This document shows positions 63,213-64,000 of a DNA stretch of 64,000 nucleotides, one piece after another (positions within the stretch are counted from its first letter, which is position 1; each line of letters opens with the position of its first letter). The stretch is from an uncultured Christensenella sp. (GTDB taxonomy: Bacteria; Bacillota; Clostridia; Christensenellales; CAG-917): the NCBI GenBank assembly GCA_910577815.1, contig CAJTNO010000001.1, positions 284,557 to 348,556 on the forward strand, in the 5' to 3' direction. Made by a program: the position numbers and the translations under genes. The notes under the pieces were generated by a model. That model saw nothing but the letters and a program-made list of their open reading frames with translations, searched no databases and was not told the origin of the DNA.

Positions 63213-63400
63213 AATTGTTCTCCTTAAGGTTTGATTTACTGATTATTGCCTAAAATGCCGCGATTATACCAAAGCGGCTTTTTATAGCGTTGTCGGCTTT
63301 GAATATATTCATTTAAATTTCCTTTTGCGCTTTTGCTTGAAAGTAGTTATATATGGTGATATTATTTATAGGACATAACGTTTCAAAAGGAGAAAATTTT

Positions 63401-64000
63401 ATGGGCGATTGCACTCACGATTGCGGAAGCTGCTCGCAGAATTGCGAAAGCAGAATAACATACGATAAGCCTCACGAGCTGTCGCGTATCAAGCGCGTTA
63501 TAGGCGTTGTAAGCGGAAAGGGCGGCGTAGGCAAGTCCTTGGTGACCTCCCTGCTTGCCGTGGGCGCGGCAAAGGCGGGTAATACGGTAGGAATTCTGGA
63601 CGCGGACATTACGGGTCCGTCCATTCCTCGCGCGTTCGGAATATCCGGCGGAGTGGAGGGCGATAATATGGGTATCTATCCGCGCAGAAGCGCGTCGGGT
63701 ATTAAGGTTATATCCTCCAATCTCCTGCTCGAACACGAAAACGACCCCGTTATCTGGCGCGGTCCCGTTATTGCGGGTATGGTGAAGCAGTTCTGGTCGG
63801 AGGTCATCTGGGGCGACGTGGATTTTATGTTTGTCGATATGCCTCCGGGGACGGGAGACGTTCCGCTGACCGTGTATCAGTCCATAAAGCTGGACGGAAT
63901 TATAATCGTTACATCGCCGCAGGAGCTTGTTTCTATGATTGTCGAAAAGGCTGTCAAGATGGCAAATAAAATGAATATCAAAATCTACGGCGTGGTTGAG
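63401..64000 (+). CDS. Mrp/NBP35 (ApbC-like) Fe-S cluster carrier ATPase, 3'-truncated by the window edge
   Basis: MGDCTHDCGSCSQNC Cys-rich N-terminus, deviant Walker A VVSGKGGVGKS, and DMPPGTGD. ATG follows AAGGAG. Confidence 0.85.
   Translation, partial: MGDCTHDCGSCSQNCESRITYDKPHELSRIKRVIGVVSGKGGVGKSLVTSLLAVGAAKAGNTVGILDADITGPSIPRAFGISGGVEGDNMGIYPRRSASGIKVISSNLLLEHENDPVIWRGPVIAGMVKQFWSEVIWGDVDFMFVDMPPGTGDVPLTVYQSIKLDGIIIVTSPQELVSMIVEKAVKMANKMNIKIYGVVE

Noticed and set aside
63213-63400. A PerR/Fur-type box between rubrerythrin and the Mrp-like gene (for example ATATTATTTATA near 63360).
   Set aside because: Only a partial, AT-rich resemblance to the TTATAAT-N-ATTATAA type consensus. It cannot be told apart from background in an AT-rich spacer without a scoring matrix.
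1-64000. CRISPR arrays, rRNA genes, IS elements or transposases, and prophage structural genes.
   Set aside because: I saw no regularly spaced short direct repeats, no rRNA-like segments, and no transposase or capsid/terminase-like translations in any frame of the ORF track.

Overview
This looks like a chromosomal window from a spore-forming, anaerobic Firmicute (Clostridia-like). All calls come from reading the ORF translations and the DNA by eye; no searches were run. The backbone is GC-richer housekeeping DNA, listed here in order.

- **Left end to 15.2 kb:** rlmB/mrnC; sporulation and germination genes (spoIIR, sleB-ypeB, yabP-yabQ); a cobalamin riboswitch driving a lipoprotein plus an ECF S-component; a short alaS; greA-lysS.
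- **17 to 31 kb:** ispE; a glycogen operon (glgB-glgC-glgD-[PH-domain gene]-glgA); dut; csoR-copA with its operator.
- **31 to 42 kb:** a five-gene peptide/nickel-type ABC importer fused to a larE-larB-larC nickel-pincer cofactor cluster; a lone tyrosine recombinase; nfeD-SPFH.
- **45.6 to 64 kb:** tRNA-Arg(CCU); trxB and nrdD with two NrdR boxes; GtrA; a U32 peptidase; ferredoxin; yaaT-holB-tmk; leuS-serS; nrdG; rubrerythrin; a partial Mrp/ApbC ATPase.

Visibly AT-rich insertions interrupt the backbone: 15.8-17.0 kb (three tandem XRE regulators with a palindromic switch), 24.9-26.1 kb (an orphan 390-aa gene coupled to dut), 42.3-45.65 kb (two lipoprotein genes next to the tRNA) and about 62.0-62.6 kb.

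The most interesting signals are:

1. A modular 240-290 nt intergenic element occurs twice, directly 3' of lysS and of serS. Its 5' and 3' blocks are near-identical and its interior is variable and hairpin-rich, so it is a candidate structured RNA or BOX-like repeat.
2. A 13-C homopolymer uncouples a lipoprotein signal peptide from a CE4-like deacetylase body, which suggests a phase-variable gene.
3. The adjacent surface lipoprotein has a C-terminal half carrying GT80 sialyltransferase-type motifs.
4. A near-perfect tandem duplication sits inside the glycogen operon.
5. There are several unusual fusions or truncations: NrdD-redoxin, TPR-LarE, LarC1-only, AlaRS without C-Ala, and CopA with a nested CopZ-like start.

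No CRISPR array, rRNA, transposase or T-box leader was seen.
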